NCBI GenBank assembly: GCA_047285305.1
Contig: JBJBDL010000003.1
Location: forward strand, 704,001-768,000
Direction: 5' to 3'
Length of the DNA: 64,000 nt
From: Synechococcus sp.
GTDB lineage: Bacteria > Cyanobacteriota > Cyanobacteriia > PCC-6307 > Cyanobiaceae
In this document: positions 54,133 through 63,639 of the stretch, piece by piece
How the letters are laid out: every line of letters begins with the position of its first letter
Numbering within the stretch: position 1 is the stretch's first letter
Position numbers and translations under genes: made by a program
Notes under the pieces: model-generated
Databases searched by the model: none
Told to the model about the DNA's origin: nothing
The model's input: only the letters and a program-made list of their open reading frames with translations

Positions 54133-55269
54133 GTGGTCAACTCCCCGTCCCGGTCGCTTGTCGCCTCTGCTCTGGCGGGGGGATTGCTGGTGGCCGGCGT
54201 GTCGTCGCTTCCCTTGATCGTTGGCGCTCAGCAAGCCGTGGCGCGCCCGGAGATCCGTCGCGACTCGTTTGTAGCTGCCGCTGTGAAGCGCACTGGTCCG
54301 GCAGTAGTCAGCTTGGAGACGGCGCGGACCGTCAATCAGTCCAGTGTTGCGGGTGTGCCGCCGGCCTTGATGAAGGACCCTTTGTTTCGCCACTTCTTCG
54401 GCATCCCACGCGCCAAAGCTCCGCGCTCCAGAGTGCAGCGCGGCCAAGGCAGTGGGGTTATCTTCGATGCCAAGGGTCTACTGCTCACCAATGCCCATGT
54501 GGTGGAGGGGGCTGATCAACTCACCGTGGATCTCTCCGATGGCAGGAGGGTGCCCGCCCGAGTGGTGGGCAAAGACAGCCTCACCGATCTTGCAGTGGTG
54601 CGCCTGGAGGGCTCCGGGCCCTGGCCGGTCGCGGATCTGGGGGATTCCGACCGGCTCAGCGTGGGCGACTGGGCGATTGCCGTGGGCAATCCCTTTGGCC
54701 TGGAAAGCACGGTGACTCTGGGAATCATCAGCAACCTCAACCGCAACGTTGCTCAGTTGGGAATTTCCGGCAAACGTCTTGACCTGATTCAGACCGACGC
54801 GGCGATCAATCCTGGTAACTCGGGCGGGCCACTGCTCAATTCCGACGGTGAGGTGATCGGCATCAACACCTTGGTGCGATCAGGGCCTGGGGCGGGTCTG
54901 GGTTTTGCCATCCCGATCAATCGGGCTCGAACCATTGCCCAGCAGCTGGTTGCCAGCGGCAAGGCCCGTCATCCGGTGATCGGCATCCGTCTGTCGCCGG
55001 TGCCCCGGCCCACCCCCACATCCCCGGTGCCGCCAGGTGCGGTGATTCGCGCTGTTCAACCTGGAGGGCCGGCGGACCTCGCCGGGCTCAAGGTGGATGA
55101 TGTGATCCTTCGCTTCGATGGCCAGGCGGTTGGGGGCCCAGCTGCGGTGGTCAGTGCTATTGAACGCCGAGGTGTCGGTGCCACGGTTGCGCTCGAAGTG
55201 CAGCGAGCTCAGGAGCGGGTCTCGATCAACGTCAAGCCCGTCGATTTGTCGGCCTTGGCCCCTGGCTGA
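54133..55269 (+). CDS. HtrA/Deg serine protease with PDZ domain
   Basis: 'TNAHVV', 'DLAVV', 'INPGNSGGPL'; start approximate. Confidence 0.95.
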   Translation: MVNSPSRSLVASALAGGLLVAGVSSLPLIVGAQQAVARPEIRRDSFVAAAVKRTGPAVVSLETARTVNQSSVAGVPPALMKDPLFRHFFGIPRAKAPRSRVQRGQGSGVIFDAKGLLLTNAHVVEGADQLTVDLSDGRRVPARVVGKDSLTDLAVVRLEGSGPWPVADLGDSDRLSVGDWAIAVGNPFGLESTVTLGIISNLNRNVAQLGISGKRLDLIQTDAAINPGNSGGPLLNSDGEVIGINTLVRSGPGAGLGFAIPINRARTIAQQLVASGKARHPVIGIRLSPVPRPTPTSPVPPGAVIRAVQPGGPADLAGLKVDDVILRFDGQAVGGPAAVVSAIERRGVGATVALEVQRAQERVSINVKPVDLSALAPG

Positions 55270-55279
55270 AGCTTTTGGC

Positions 55280-55468
55280 TCAGGCGTCGTCGGCGTCCCT
55301 CAGTTGTTCGACGCATTGGGTGATGCAGTCGCCATCGTCGAGCGAACAGGTGGTGATGCACTGGAAATAGGTTTCCACGGCGTCCCAGGTCTGCTCATGT
55401 GGGGCCGGACCGGGGGCTGTTGAACCGCCAACGGGTTCGCTGTTGCCGGGGCCGGGAACCATGCTCAT
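55280..55468 (-). CDS. Small acidic four-cysteine protein
   Basis: 'WDAVETYFQCITTCSLDDGDCITQCVEQL' Cx3Cx6Cx3C. Confidence 0.7.
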   Translation of the reverse strand: MSMVPGPGNSEPVGGSTAPGPAPHEQTWDAVETYFQCITTCSLDDGDCITQCVEQLRDADDA

Positions 55469-55582
55469 CGGGACTGGAAGGTCAGTTTTGTCAGCCTATG
55501 CAGATGAAAACAGCAGGTAAAGAGAAATAAGTCTTCCTGCCTAAACCTGTGTGAAGTTTTCGTTGCCGTCGTCTAGTGCCAG

Positions 55583-57307
55583 TCAGGCCGCCTTTTTACG
55601 GCGGGCGTCGCGTGCCTTCTGCTTCTCCTTATTAGTCTTTCGCTTGGCCTCCCGTTCTGCAGCAAGTTCTTTCTCCTTGGCGGCTGCCCTTTCCTCCTCT
55701 TTTTTATCGAGGTAATAGTTGTAATCCCCTCGATACATCACGAGCTCTCCGTCCCGCAGTTCCACGATGCGGTTGGCGACGCGGGAGATGAAATAGCGGT
55801 CGTGGGAGACCAGCAGCGCGGCTCCCTCGTAGGCCATCAAGGCGTCCTCGAGCATCTGTTTGGCGGGGATGTCGAGGTGATTGGTGGGCTCATCCAGGAC
55901 CAGCAGATTGCAGGGGGTGAGCAGCATCAGGGCCAGGGCTAGACGGGCTTTCTCTCCGCCACTGAGCTTCCCGACTTCCTTGAACACCGTGTCGTTGCTA
56001 AAGCAGAAACTGCCCAGCAGCGAACGAACCTGGGTCTGGGTCCAGTCGGGAACCGCTCCGTACATCGTGTCGATCACGGTCTTGGATAGATCCAGGGCTT
56101 CGGCCTGGTTCTGTTCGAAGTACCCCGCAATCACGTTGTGCTCCCCAAGCCGGGCACTGCCTTCATCGGGGGTTTCAACCCCCATCACCAGACGCAGCAG
56201 GGTGGACTTGCCCGCACCATTGGGGCCGACGAAGGCAATGCGGTCACCCCGCTCCACCTCCAGTTCAGCCCCCAGGAACAGGATTTTGTCTCCATAGCTG
56301 TGGGTGACGTTGTCGATCAGGGCAACCTGGGCTCCGGAGCGCGGGGCTGGCGGGAACTGAAAACTCGGCCCGGCCACGGATTCGATCGGTGCCTCCACCC
56401 GTTCCACCTTGTCCAGCTGCTTCTCACGGCTTTTGGCCTGGGTGCTGCGGGTGGCACTGGCGCGGAAGCGGTCGATGTAGGCCTGTTGCGTGGCGATCTC
56501 CTTCTGCTGCCGTTCGAAGGCTGCCTGTGTGGACTCCCGCTCCAGTTGTTTCTGTTCCAGGTGAGCGGTGTAGTTGCCGAGGTAGCTGCGGGACACCCCC
56601 CGTTCGGTGGAAACGATCTGATTGCAGACCCTGTCGAGGAAAGTGCGGTCATGGCTGATCACCACAAGGGCTGCGCTCTGCTCCAGCAGGTAGTTCTCCA
56701 GCCACTGGATGGTTGCGACATCCAGATGGTTGGTGGGTTCGTCGAGCAGCAGAAGATCCGGTTCCTGCAGCAGGATTTTTCCCAGGGCGATCCGCATTTG
56801 CCAACCCCCGGAATAGTCCTTCACCTGCAGCTCAGCGCCCTCTGGGGTGAAGCCGATCGTGGGCAGGAGCTTGTCGATGCGGGCATCGAGTTCGTACCCA
56901 TGCAGTGCTTCGAAACGGCTTTGCAGCTTTCCTAGTTCTTGAATCAGCTGGTCCAGATGGTCGGGATCCTCCGCAGCCCGTTCGGAGCCCATCGCCTCTT
57001 CCACCTGCTTCTGCTGGTTCATTACCTCGGCCGCTTCGCCGAAGGCTTGAAACAGTTCCTGGCGCACGGTGCGCTCCAGGTCCACGTCGAATTCCTGCTG
57101 GAGATAAGCGATGCGGGGCTCACCTTGCCGAACCACCAGGCCACTGGTTGGCTCTTCGTGTCCGGCGATCAGACGCATCTGGGTGGACTTGCCGGCGCCG
57201 TTCACCCCCACCAGGCCGATCCTGTCTCCGGGTTTCACCTCCCACGTCACGGCCCGGAGCACTTCCCCGGTGGGGTAAATCTTGCTGACGTTTTCGAGTC
57301 GCAGCAC
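55583..57307 (-). CDS. ABC-F family ATPase
   Basis: Two NBDs ('GVNGAGKST', 'GPNGAGKST', 'LDEPTNHLD' x2), no TM. Confidence 0.95.
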   Translation of the reverse strand: MLRLENVSKIYPTGEVLRAVTWEVKPGDRIGLVGVNGAGKSTQMRLIAGHEEPTSGLVVRQGEPRIAYLQQEFDVDLERTVRQELFQAFGEAAEVMNQQKQVEEAMGSERAAEDPDHLDQLIQELGKLQSRFEALHGYELDARIDKLLPTIGFTPEGAELQVKDYSGGWQMRIALGKILLQEPDLLLLDEPTNHLDVATIQWLENYLLEQSAALVVISHDRTFLDRVCNQIVSTERGVSRSYLGNYTAHLEQKQLERESTQAAFERQQKEIATQQAYIDRFRASATRSTQAKSREKQLDKVERVEAPIESVAGPSFQFPPAPRSGAQVALIDNVTHSYGDKILFLGAELEVERGDRIAFVGPNGAGKSTLLRLVMGVETPDEGSARLGEHNVIAGYFEQNQAEALDLSKTVIDTMYGAVPDWTQTQVRSLLGSFCFSNDTVFKEVGKLSGGEKARLALALMLLTPCNLLVLDEPTNHLDIPAKQMLEDALMAYEGAALLVSHDRYFISRVANRIVELRDGELVMYRGDYNYYLDKKEEERAAAKEKELAAEREAKRKTNKEKQKARDARRKKAA

Positions 57308-57376
57308 CGGCGCAAGGCGTGATGCCCCCATCATCCCTGTCGGCAAACTGGTGAAGGTTCCCGGAGGCTGGTCGCC

Positions 57377-57553
57377 ATGCCGAAACTGGAGCAGCTGGCC
57401 GCTCTCGTGGTGGCCGCAGGATTGGCGATTGTGAGTTATTTGCTCTTCTTCAGTTGGGCAGGAGGTGGCGGCTACGAACGCCGTGAGCGCGCTGAGCCCA
57501 AGGCCCTTCTGACGCCCGAAGCTCCCGAACTCACAGACCGCCTCTCGCCTTGA
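57377..57553 (+). CDS. 58-aa single-TM hypothetical protein
   Basis: MPKLEQLAALVVAAGLAIVSYLLFFSWAGGGGYERR...; fills the divergent gap. Confidence 0.6.
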   Translation: MPKLEQLAALVVAAGLAIVSYLLFFSWAGGGGYERRERAEPKALLTPEAPELTDRLSP

Positions 57554-57761
57554 TCAGCCAGCGCTTGCTGTCGTCGTCGTCAAGGCTGGCCAGATGGTCG
57601 CGCACTTCCTGGGTCGTGACGGGTAGCCCCAGCTTGTCGCCCAGGCTGCAGATGCTGGCCATCGCGCCGTTGGGATCCTGCAGCGCCTGACGGAACAGGG
57701 CCTGGGTCTGCTCCGGATTGCTGCTGATTCGGGCGTACAGCGATGCGGCGTTGGAAGCCAT
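57531..57761 (-). CDS. Small hypothetical protein, Nif11-leader-like
   Basis: 76 aa; 'LG..LGLPVTTQEV' and terminal 'ARGGL'. Confidence 0.7.
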   Translation of the reverse strand: MASNAASLYARISSNPEQTQALFRQALQDPNGAMASICSLGDKLGLPVTTQEVRDHLASLDDDDSKRWLIKARGGL

Positions 57762-57808
57762 CGCGATCTGAGCAACTGATCAAAAGCTATTCAGCACCGA
57801 GAGTCTTG

Positions 57809-58108
57809 TCAGGCAGCTTGTTCGATGCCTTCATCGTGCTGCCCCAGGGCCGAGGCGTCCTTCATGCTGCGGGCGTCCATGCAGAGCACCTTGCGCAGTT
57901 GGGCGTAGTTGGCGGCTTGGGTGCTCCGCCCTTCCTGGGAGGCGCCGTATTCGGCCCGTTGCAATACGTGGTGCAGGTGGGTCAGCAGGTAAGTGCTGAT
58001 CACGGCTGACACCAGCACGTCGCTGTTTTCAGCGCTGCGACGGGGGCGTCGGGACCGAGCGCGGGTGCCGGCTGGACTGCGACGGGATCGAGGTGTGGCT
58101 TGGGTCAT
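57809..58108 (-). CDS. Conserved hypothetical protein
   Basis: 99 aa, Arg-rich N-terminus, helical core. Confidence 0.7.
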   Translation of the reverse strand: MTQATPRSRRSPAGTRARSRRPRRSAENSDVLVSAVISTYLLTHLHHVLQRAEYGASQEGRSTQAANYAQLRKVLCMDARSMKDASALGQHDEGIEQAA

Positions 58109-58213
58109 GGGGTACTCCGAGGAGGACCAGTGCCCCCACCATAGTCATGGATACTACCCTTGACCATCCCTGTACACTTTTTAGTAGCAGAGCCCCTTCC
58201 AGGGGATCCGGTC

Positions 58214-58507
58214 GTGCCCACCCGTCAGACCTCATCCAGCGGGAAGCCCAAGTCCCCGAGAATCCAGGTGGTTCTGCCTGAGGATCTCTGCGCGCGTCTC
58301 ACGGCGATGGCGGAGCTGGAATCCCGCACGGTGAGCAACATGGCGCGGGTCCTGATCCAGCAAGGTGTGCAACGCCATGAACAGGAGTTGGAGGCGTCCG
58401 CACCTGCGCCGACCCGTGCGGAGCGCCTGCGGTCCGCCCTGGAATCACAGCAGCCCCGCCGTCTGCGGGGCGCCCCCCGGCGCCTGCGCCTGCACCGGCC
58501 CAGTTAG
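58214..58507 (+). CDS. Ribbon-helix-helix (CopG-like) DNA-binding protein
   Basis: 'PRIQVVLPEDLCARLTAMAELESRTVSNMARVLI'; GTG start assumed. Confidence 0.8.
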   Translation: MPTRQTSSSGKPKSPRIQVVLPEDLCARLTAMAELESRTVSNMARVLIQQGVQRHEQELEASAPAPTRAERLRSALESQQPRRLRGAPRRLRLHRPS

Positions 58508-59643
58508 GCCGGATTCACCCGAGTGCCGAGCACGGCCTCCCGACAGGCTCCGGTGACAGCTGGCACATTGCCGGGATGCCCCCTGTGGTGCCACCAGGCC
58601 AGCAACGCGAAGACCAGCGCTTCTCGGGCTTCCGTCGGCACCCCCAGACTGCTGCTTTCATCGATCTGTGCGCCTCGGCAGCGCCGCCGCAGCTCATCGA
58701 TCAACACCGGGTTTTGGCTGCCACCTCCGGCTGTGATCAGTTCTATCGGTGCGATTCCAGCGCTCTGGCGCAGACGTGCCAGATCCTGGGCAACCACAGC
58801 GGCGGAAAAAGCCGTCAGGGTGGCGATGGCATCTGCCGCTGAGGCTCCACCGAGCTGATGAAGCCGCCGGTTGAGGTCCTCCTGCCCGAAACACTCCCGT
58901 CCTGTGGATTTCGGTGGTGCCAGCTGGAAGTACTCCTCCTGGAGCCAGCGCTGGATCCAGCCCTCATTCGTATGACCCTGCGCTGCCATCGCTCCACCCT
59001 TGTCGAAGCTTTGGACGCCATTGGTGAACTGGCGCATGCCCAGGTCAATCAGGCTGTTGGCGGGTCCGCAGTCCCAGCCCAAGATCACGGCATGGCGATC
59101 CACTCCACTGCAGGGGGGGATCAGGGTGAGGTTGGCAATGCCGCCCAGGTTCAGTAGTGCCCGCCAGCCCTGCGTGCTTCCCAGCAGGGCCGCATCGGCC
59201 CGAGGCACGAGCGGTGCTCCCTGCCCCCCTAACGTCAGATCAGCAGCGCGGAAGTCATGGACCACGGGCTTTTGCAGCCGATGGGCCAGCAGTGGGGCTT
59301 GCAGCATCTGCCAGCTGCCCCCTAGTGCCCCTTCGGCCGGGGGTCGGTGCCAGACGGTCTGGCCATGGCAGCCGATCAGCTCAGCTTTGGCATCGGGGTC
59401 GCAGGCTAGAGCCGCCTCGGCTTGCACCTCCGTGATGGCTTCCGCCAGCTTCAGCCAGAGGGATACCGGCATCGGTACGCCCTGGCCGGCAGCCACCACC
59501 TGTTGCTGCAGTTCGAGCTGATAGGGCTGATGGTGGTGGTGAAGTAGTGACCACTGAGGACGCTGGGGTGGGCCGTCGAAGCGCGCCAGCACGGCATCAA
59601 CACCGTCAGCGCTGGTTCCGCTCATCAGCCCGAGGCAGTGCAT
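58504..59643 (-). CDS. anmK: Anhydro-N-acetylmuramic acid kinase
   Basis: 'GLMSGTSADG', 'HGQT', 'GGQGAPL', 'PPKSTGRE'. Confidence 0.95.
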   Translation of the reverse strand: MHCLGLMSGTSADGVDAVLARFDGPPQRPQWSLLHHHHQPYQLELQQQVVAAGQGVPMPVSLWLKLAEAITEVQAEAALACDPDAKAELIGCHGQTVWHRPPAEGALGGSWQMLQAPLLAHRLQKPVVHDFRAADLTLGGQGAPLVPRADAALLGSTQGWRALLNLGGIANLTLIPPCSGVDRHAVILGWDCGPANSLIDLGMRQFTNGVQSFDKGGAMAAQGHTNEGWIQRWLQEEYFQLAPPKSTGRECFGQEDLNRRLHQLGGASAADAIATLTAFSAAVVAQDLARLRQSAGIAPIELITAGGGSQNPVLIDELRRRCRGAQIDESSSLGVPTEAREALVFALLAWWHHRGHPGNVPAVTGACREAVLGTRVNPA

Positions 59644-59647
59644 CGGC

Positions 59648-60352
59648 TCAGTTTTTTGGGAGCCGTTGCAGGTCGTCCACCAGTCCCATCACCACCAGCA
59701 GGTGCCCCTCCTCCAGCACGTGGGATGCCGGGGGGTTCACCATCAGGCTGCTTTGCGGTCCTGCCGCCAGCACGTTCACCCTGAAGTTCTTGCGCAGATT
59801 CAGATCCCGCAGCGAGCGCCCCACAAACGGTTCCGGAACCTTGATCTCCTCGATGCAGTGCTGTTCATCCAGGGCCAGCCGTTCCATCAGGTTGGGGCGC
59901 ACCAGTTCAAGGCCCAGGCGCTCCCCTTGCATGCGCGAGGGAAAGATCACCCGGTCGGCCCCCACCCGCTTCAGCATTTTTTCGTGGAGGTCGCTCGTTG
60001 CCCTCGCGATCACCTGGCGCACACGGCTGCCTTCGCTGTCTTTGGCGATCAAGGTGGCGGTGATGCTGGCCTCGATCGGTTCACTGATAGCCACCACCAC
60101 GGTGCCCATGTCGAGCACGCCGGCTTCCCGCAGGGCCTCTTCGTCGGTGCAGTCCACGACGCGGGCCTCCACGCTGGGCTCCACCTGACGCAGTTCATCC
60201 ACCGCCCGCTCTGAGCGGTCCACGGCCAGCACATCAGCTCCGTTCTGAAGCAGTTCCCGGCAAACGGCGATGCCGAAACGGCCCACGCCGATGATCGCGA
60301 AGCCGAGTCTTTCGCTGCCCTGGGCCGGGCTCCACTGCCACCACTCCTTCAT
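59648..60352 (-). CDS. ktrA: K+ uptake NAD-binding subunit
   Basis: 'IGVGRFG' RCK_N domain plus RCK_C. Confidence 0.9.
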   Translation of the reverse strand: MKEWWQWSPAQGSERLGFAIIGVGRFGIAVCRELLQNGADVLAVDRSERAVDELRQVEPSVEARVVDCTDEEALREAGVLDMGTVVVAISEPIEASITATLIAKDSEGSRVRQVIARATSDLHEKMLKRVGADRVIFPSRMQGERLGLELVRPNLMERLALDEQHCIEEIKVPEPFVGRSLRDLNLRKNFRVNVLAAGPQSSLMVNPPASHVLEEGHLLVVMGLVDDLQRLPKN

Positions 60353-60376
60353 TGCTACCTCCCCCGCTGATCACGC

Positions 60377-61792
60377 TTAGACATACAGATCCTCGCTGGG
60401 GTAACCGACTCGATTCTGGCGATTCATCTGGAGTTGTTCCTGAGTCATTGCTTCCCAGATCGCACTCACCAGCAACAGGATCCCCAACCGTCCCACAAAC
60501 ATTCCCACCATCAGCACGGCCTGGCCGAAACGGGGGAGTTCAACGGTGACTCCCAGATCCAGGCCCACCGTGGCAAAAGCGGAGATGCAGGTGAACAGCA
60601 TTTCCATAAAGGTGAATGAATCCTTTCCGTTCACATTGCTGGCGATGCTGATCAGCATCGCCATGGCCATCACGAACAGCAGGGATCCCACCGTGATGCC
60701 GACGGCCCTCAGCACCACCTTGTCGCTGATGCTTCTGTTTCGAATCACCACTACCTCCCGGCCTCGAAGGGTGGAACGGGTGGCCGCCATCAAGGCGGCC
60801 ACGGTGGTGGTCTTGATCCCACCACCGGTACCGCCGGGGCTGGCTCCGATGAACATCAGCACCATCAGCAACAGCAAGCTCGATTCAGTGACGGTGTCGA
60901 GCGAGAGCGGAACGGTGCTGAAGCCGGCTGTGCGTGCCGTGACGGATTTGAACAGTGCTGTAAGCCACCGCTCAGACCAGGGCATGCCCGCGAAGATCTC
61001 ACCCTGGTTCAACCATTCCGTAAGGGCCAGACCCCCTGCCCCGAAGACTATCAATAGCAGGGTGGTGCGCAGCACGAGGCGGGAGTGCAGGCTCAGACGC
61101 CGCCGGCTTCGCCGTCTGCGCATCAGCTGCGTGGTCAGATCGCTGGTGACCCGCCACCCCAGGCCGCCGGCCACGATCAGCAGCATCACCACGGCATTCA
61201 CAACCCCATTGCTGCGGTAGCGCTCGAGGCTGTCGTTCCAGAGTCCGAATCCCGCGTTGTTGTAAGCGGAGATGCTGTGGAACACCGCAGCCCAGAGGCG
61301 TTCGCCCTGGTTGGGGATGTCATCAAAGCCGAAGTGATAAAGGATCACAGCCCCCACCAGGATCACCAGCGTCGCCGTCAGGGCAATGCCACGAAACGTG
61401 CGCCCAACGCCCCCAACGCCGAATTCATCCAGGGCCTGCCCCCGATCCAGGCGGCGGCGCAGGGCTGTTCCCTGCACTACAAAGCCCTGAAGAAACGTAG
61501 TGATGGCCATCAAGCCAAGGCCCCCCGCCAGGATCATCAGGGCCAGCACCGCCTGGCCGAAGGTTGTGAGATCGGTGCCGATGTCGATGATCGACAGGCC
61601 CGTCACGGTGATGGCTGATGTGGCCGTGAACAGAGCTTCCCATAGCCCCACGCGGCTTGAGGAGCACAGCGGAGTGGCCAGAAGCAACGTGCCGGTCAGC
61701 ACCACCAGCAATCCAGTCACCACGGTGAACTGGGGAACCGTGAGCCGACGATGCCAGCCCTGGCTGCGTTCGATGGCCCTTCCGATCGGCAC
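60377..61792 (-). CDS. ktrB: K+ uptake membrane subunit (TrkH/KtrB)
   Basis: 'SAITVTGL', 'NNAGF', 'ARTAGF', 'PGGTGGGIK', 'ATVGL' pore motifs. Confidence 0.9.
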   Translation of the reverse strand: MPIGRAIERSQGWHRRLTVPQFTVVTGLLVVLTGTLLLATPLCSSSRVGLWEALFTATSAITVTGLSIIDIGTDLTTFGQAVLALMILAGGLGLMAITTFLQGFVVQGTALRRRLDRGQALDEFGVGGVGRTFRGIALTATLVILVGAVILYHFGFDDIPNQGERLWAAVFHSISAYNNAGFGLWNDSLERYRSNGVVNAVVMLLIVAGGLGWRVTSDLTTQLMRRRRSRRRLSLHSRLVLRTTLLLIVFGAGGLALTEWLNQGEIFAGMPWSERWLTALFKSVTARTAGFSTVPLSLDTVTESSLLLLMVLMFIGASPGGTGGGIKTTTVAALMAATRSTLRGREVVVIRNRSISDKVVLRAVGITVGSLLFVMAMAMLISIASNVNGKDSFTFMEMLFTCISAFATVGLDLGVTVELPRFGQAVLMVGMFVGRLGILLLVSAIWEAMTQEQLQMNRQNRVGYPSEDLYV

Positions 61793-61821
61793 AGGAGCGT
61801 GCGAGATCTGACCAGTGTTGT

Positions 61822-63639
61822 TCAGGATCCGCCGTAATGCCAGAGGATCAGGGCCGGCACGATGATGGTCATGATCAGAGTCAGGCCAATTCCGTAGCGG
61901 GTGACGTCGAGAAAGCGATAACGGCCTGGACCGAACACCATCAAATTGGTCTGGTACCCGACGGGGGTGAGAAAGGACTGACTCGCACCGAACAACACTG
62001 TGATCAGCAAGGCGGTGGGAGACAACTGCAGGGATGGGGCCAGTTGCACCGCGACAGGCGCCAGCAGGGCAACCGAGGCGGCATTGCTCATCACCTGGGT
62101 CAACAGCGTGGTGCCGATGAAGACCACCATCAAAGCGGCATAGCTCGGCCAGCCCGCCAGCCCCTGCTGGAGCACCAGGGCGAGGGCATCGGCGAGGCCC
62201 GTGCTCTGCATGGCAACGCTGAAACTGGTGAGGGATCCCAGCAACAGGATCACGTCCAGCCTGATTGAGCGCTGCAGTTCGCCGAGGCGCAGACAGCCGG
62301 TGACTACCACGCTCACCATGGCCAACAGCACCGCCGCTACCAGGGGAATGGGGGTGAGCGTCGGCAGGAGAAGCATCGCCAGGGCGATGCTGACGGCCAC
62401 GGGCTTGCGCCGCACGGTGGGCAAGTCATCTTCCAGTCGATCCAGCACCAACAGGTCGTTGCTGGCCTGCAGGCCGCGGATGGAGTCGATCGGTGCCTGC
62501 AACAGCAGCACATCGCCCTCTCGCAGGATTACCTGGCCGAGACGTTCCTGAACGGTCTCCTGGCCGCGGCGAAGAGCGAGTACCGTAGCGTTGTGGCGTT
62601 GCCGGAACCGCAATTCCCGCAGGCTGGCGCCGGCCAAGGTGGAACCAGCCGGCAGCAACACTTCCACGGTCTTCTGACCGCTTGACTCTTCGGTGTTGAC
62701 GCTGACCCCGGCGTTCTCCCCTTGAGTTGTGAGCTGAACCGTGTGATCCTGCTGGAGACGCAGCAGATCGGGGCGGGTGACCCGCAGCAGCAGACGATCT
62801 CCTGCTTCAAGACGACGATCCGCCAAGGGGGGCAGCAGCCGCTCTCCACCGCGCTGTAGCTCCAGCACGTCCACGTCGAAACGGCGCTGCAGCCGACTGT
62901 TTAGCAGTGAGCGACCCACCAGCTCCGAGTCGGGGGGGATGCGCACTTCTGTGCAGTAGCTGCTCGTGTTGCTGGTGTTGCCCAAATCATCCGTTGTGGC
63001 ACCACGGTCCGGCAGCAGCACTCTCGGAGCCATCACCAGGTAGATGGCCCCGGCTAGCCAGACCGGTAGGCTGATCAGCGTGAAGCTGAACAGATCGAGT
63101 GAGCCGTAGCCCAGTTGCTCGCTGATGTCGCTCACTAAAAGGTTCACTGAGCTGCCCAGCAGGGTGAGGGTGCCCCCCAGCACGGTGGAAAACGACAAGG
63201 GCAAGAGCACCCGGGATGGCGAAATGCCGCGCCGTTGGCACCAGCCCTCCACCACGGGCAGAAGCGAGGCCACCACGGGGGTGTTGGGAACAATCCCTGA
63301 CACCGGGGCGATCACAAAGGCCATTAGTGCGATCAGACGCCGCGAAGACCGGATCCGTTCTGAGGCGATCAGATCTCTGAGTCGATCCAGAGCACCGCTT
63401 TTGAACAGTGCCGCGGAGACCGGGAACAGGCCCAACAGGGTAATCAGTGCAGGACTGCCGAACCCCGCCAAAGCCTCCTGGGGATTGAGCACCCCGGTGG
63501 CGATCAACAGGCTCAAACTCAGCAACCCGGTGAGCTCCGGTGCAATCAACCCGGTGATGAACAGCACCACTGCCAGAGCCAACACTCCCAGGGTGATCAA
63601 CGCCTGAGGGTTCTGAAGAGCGCTGCTCAGCTCAGCCAT
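61822..63639 (-). CDS. SLC13 family permease with two TrkA-C domains (Na+/sulfate or dicarboxylate symporter-like)
   Basis: 'GGTLTLLGSSVNL', 'SFLTPVGYQTNLMV.GPG.Y.F.D'. Confidence 0.9.
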   Translation of the reverse strand: MAELSSALQNPQALITLGVLALAVVLFITGLIAPELTGLLSLSLLIATGVLNPQEALAGFGSPALITLLGLFPVSAALFKSGALDRLRDLIASERIRSSRRLIALMAFVIAPVSGIVPNTPVVASLLPVVEGWCQRRGISPSRVLLPLSFSTVLGGTLTLLGSSVNLLVSDISEQLGYGSLDLFSFTLISLPVWLAGAIYLVMAPRVLLPDRGATTDDLGNTSNTSSYCTEVRIPPDSELVGRSLLNSRLQRRFDVDVLELQRGGERLLPPLADRRLEAGDRLLLRVTRPDLLRLQQDHTVQLTTQGENAGVSVNTEESSGQKTVEVLLPAGSTLAGASLRELRFRQRHNATVLALRRGQETVQERLGQVILREGDVLLLQAPIDSIRGLQASNDLLVLDRLEDDLPTVRRKPVAVSIALAMLLLPTLTPIPLVAAVLLAMVSVVVTGCLRLGELQRSIRLDVILLLGSLTSFSVAMQSTGLADALALVLQQGLAGWPSYAALMVVFIGTTLLTQVMSNAASVALLAPVAVQLAPSLQLSPTALLITVLFGASQSFLTPVGYQTNLMVFGPGRYRFLDVTRYGIGLTLIMTIIVPALILWHYGGS

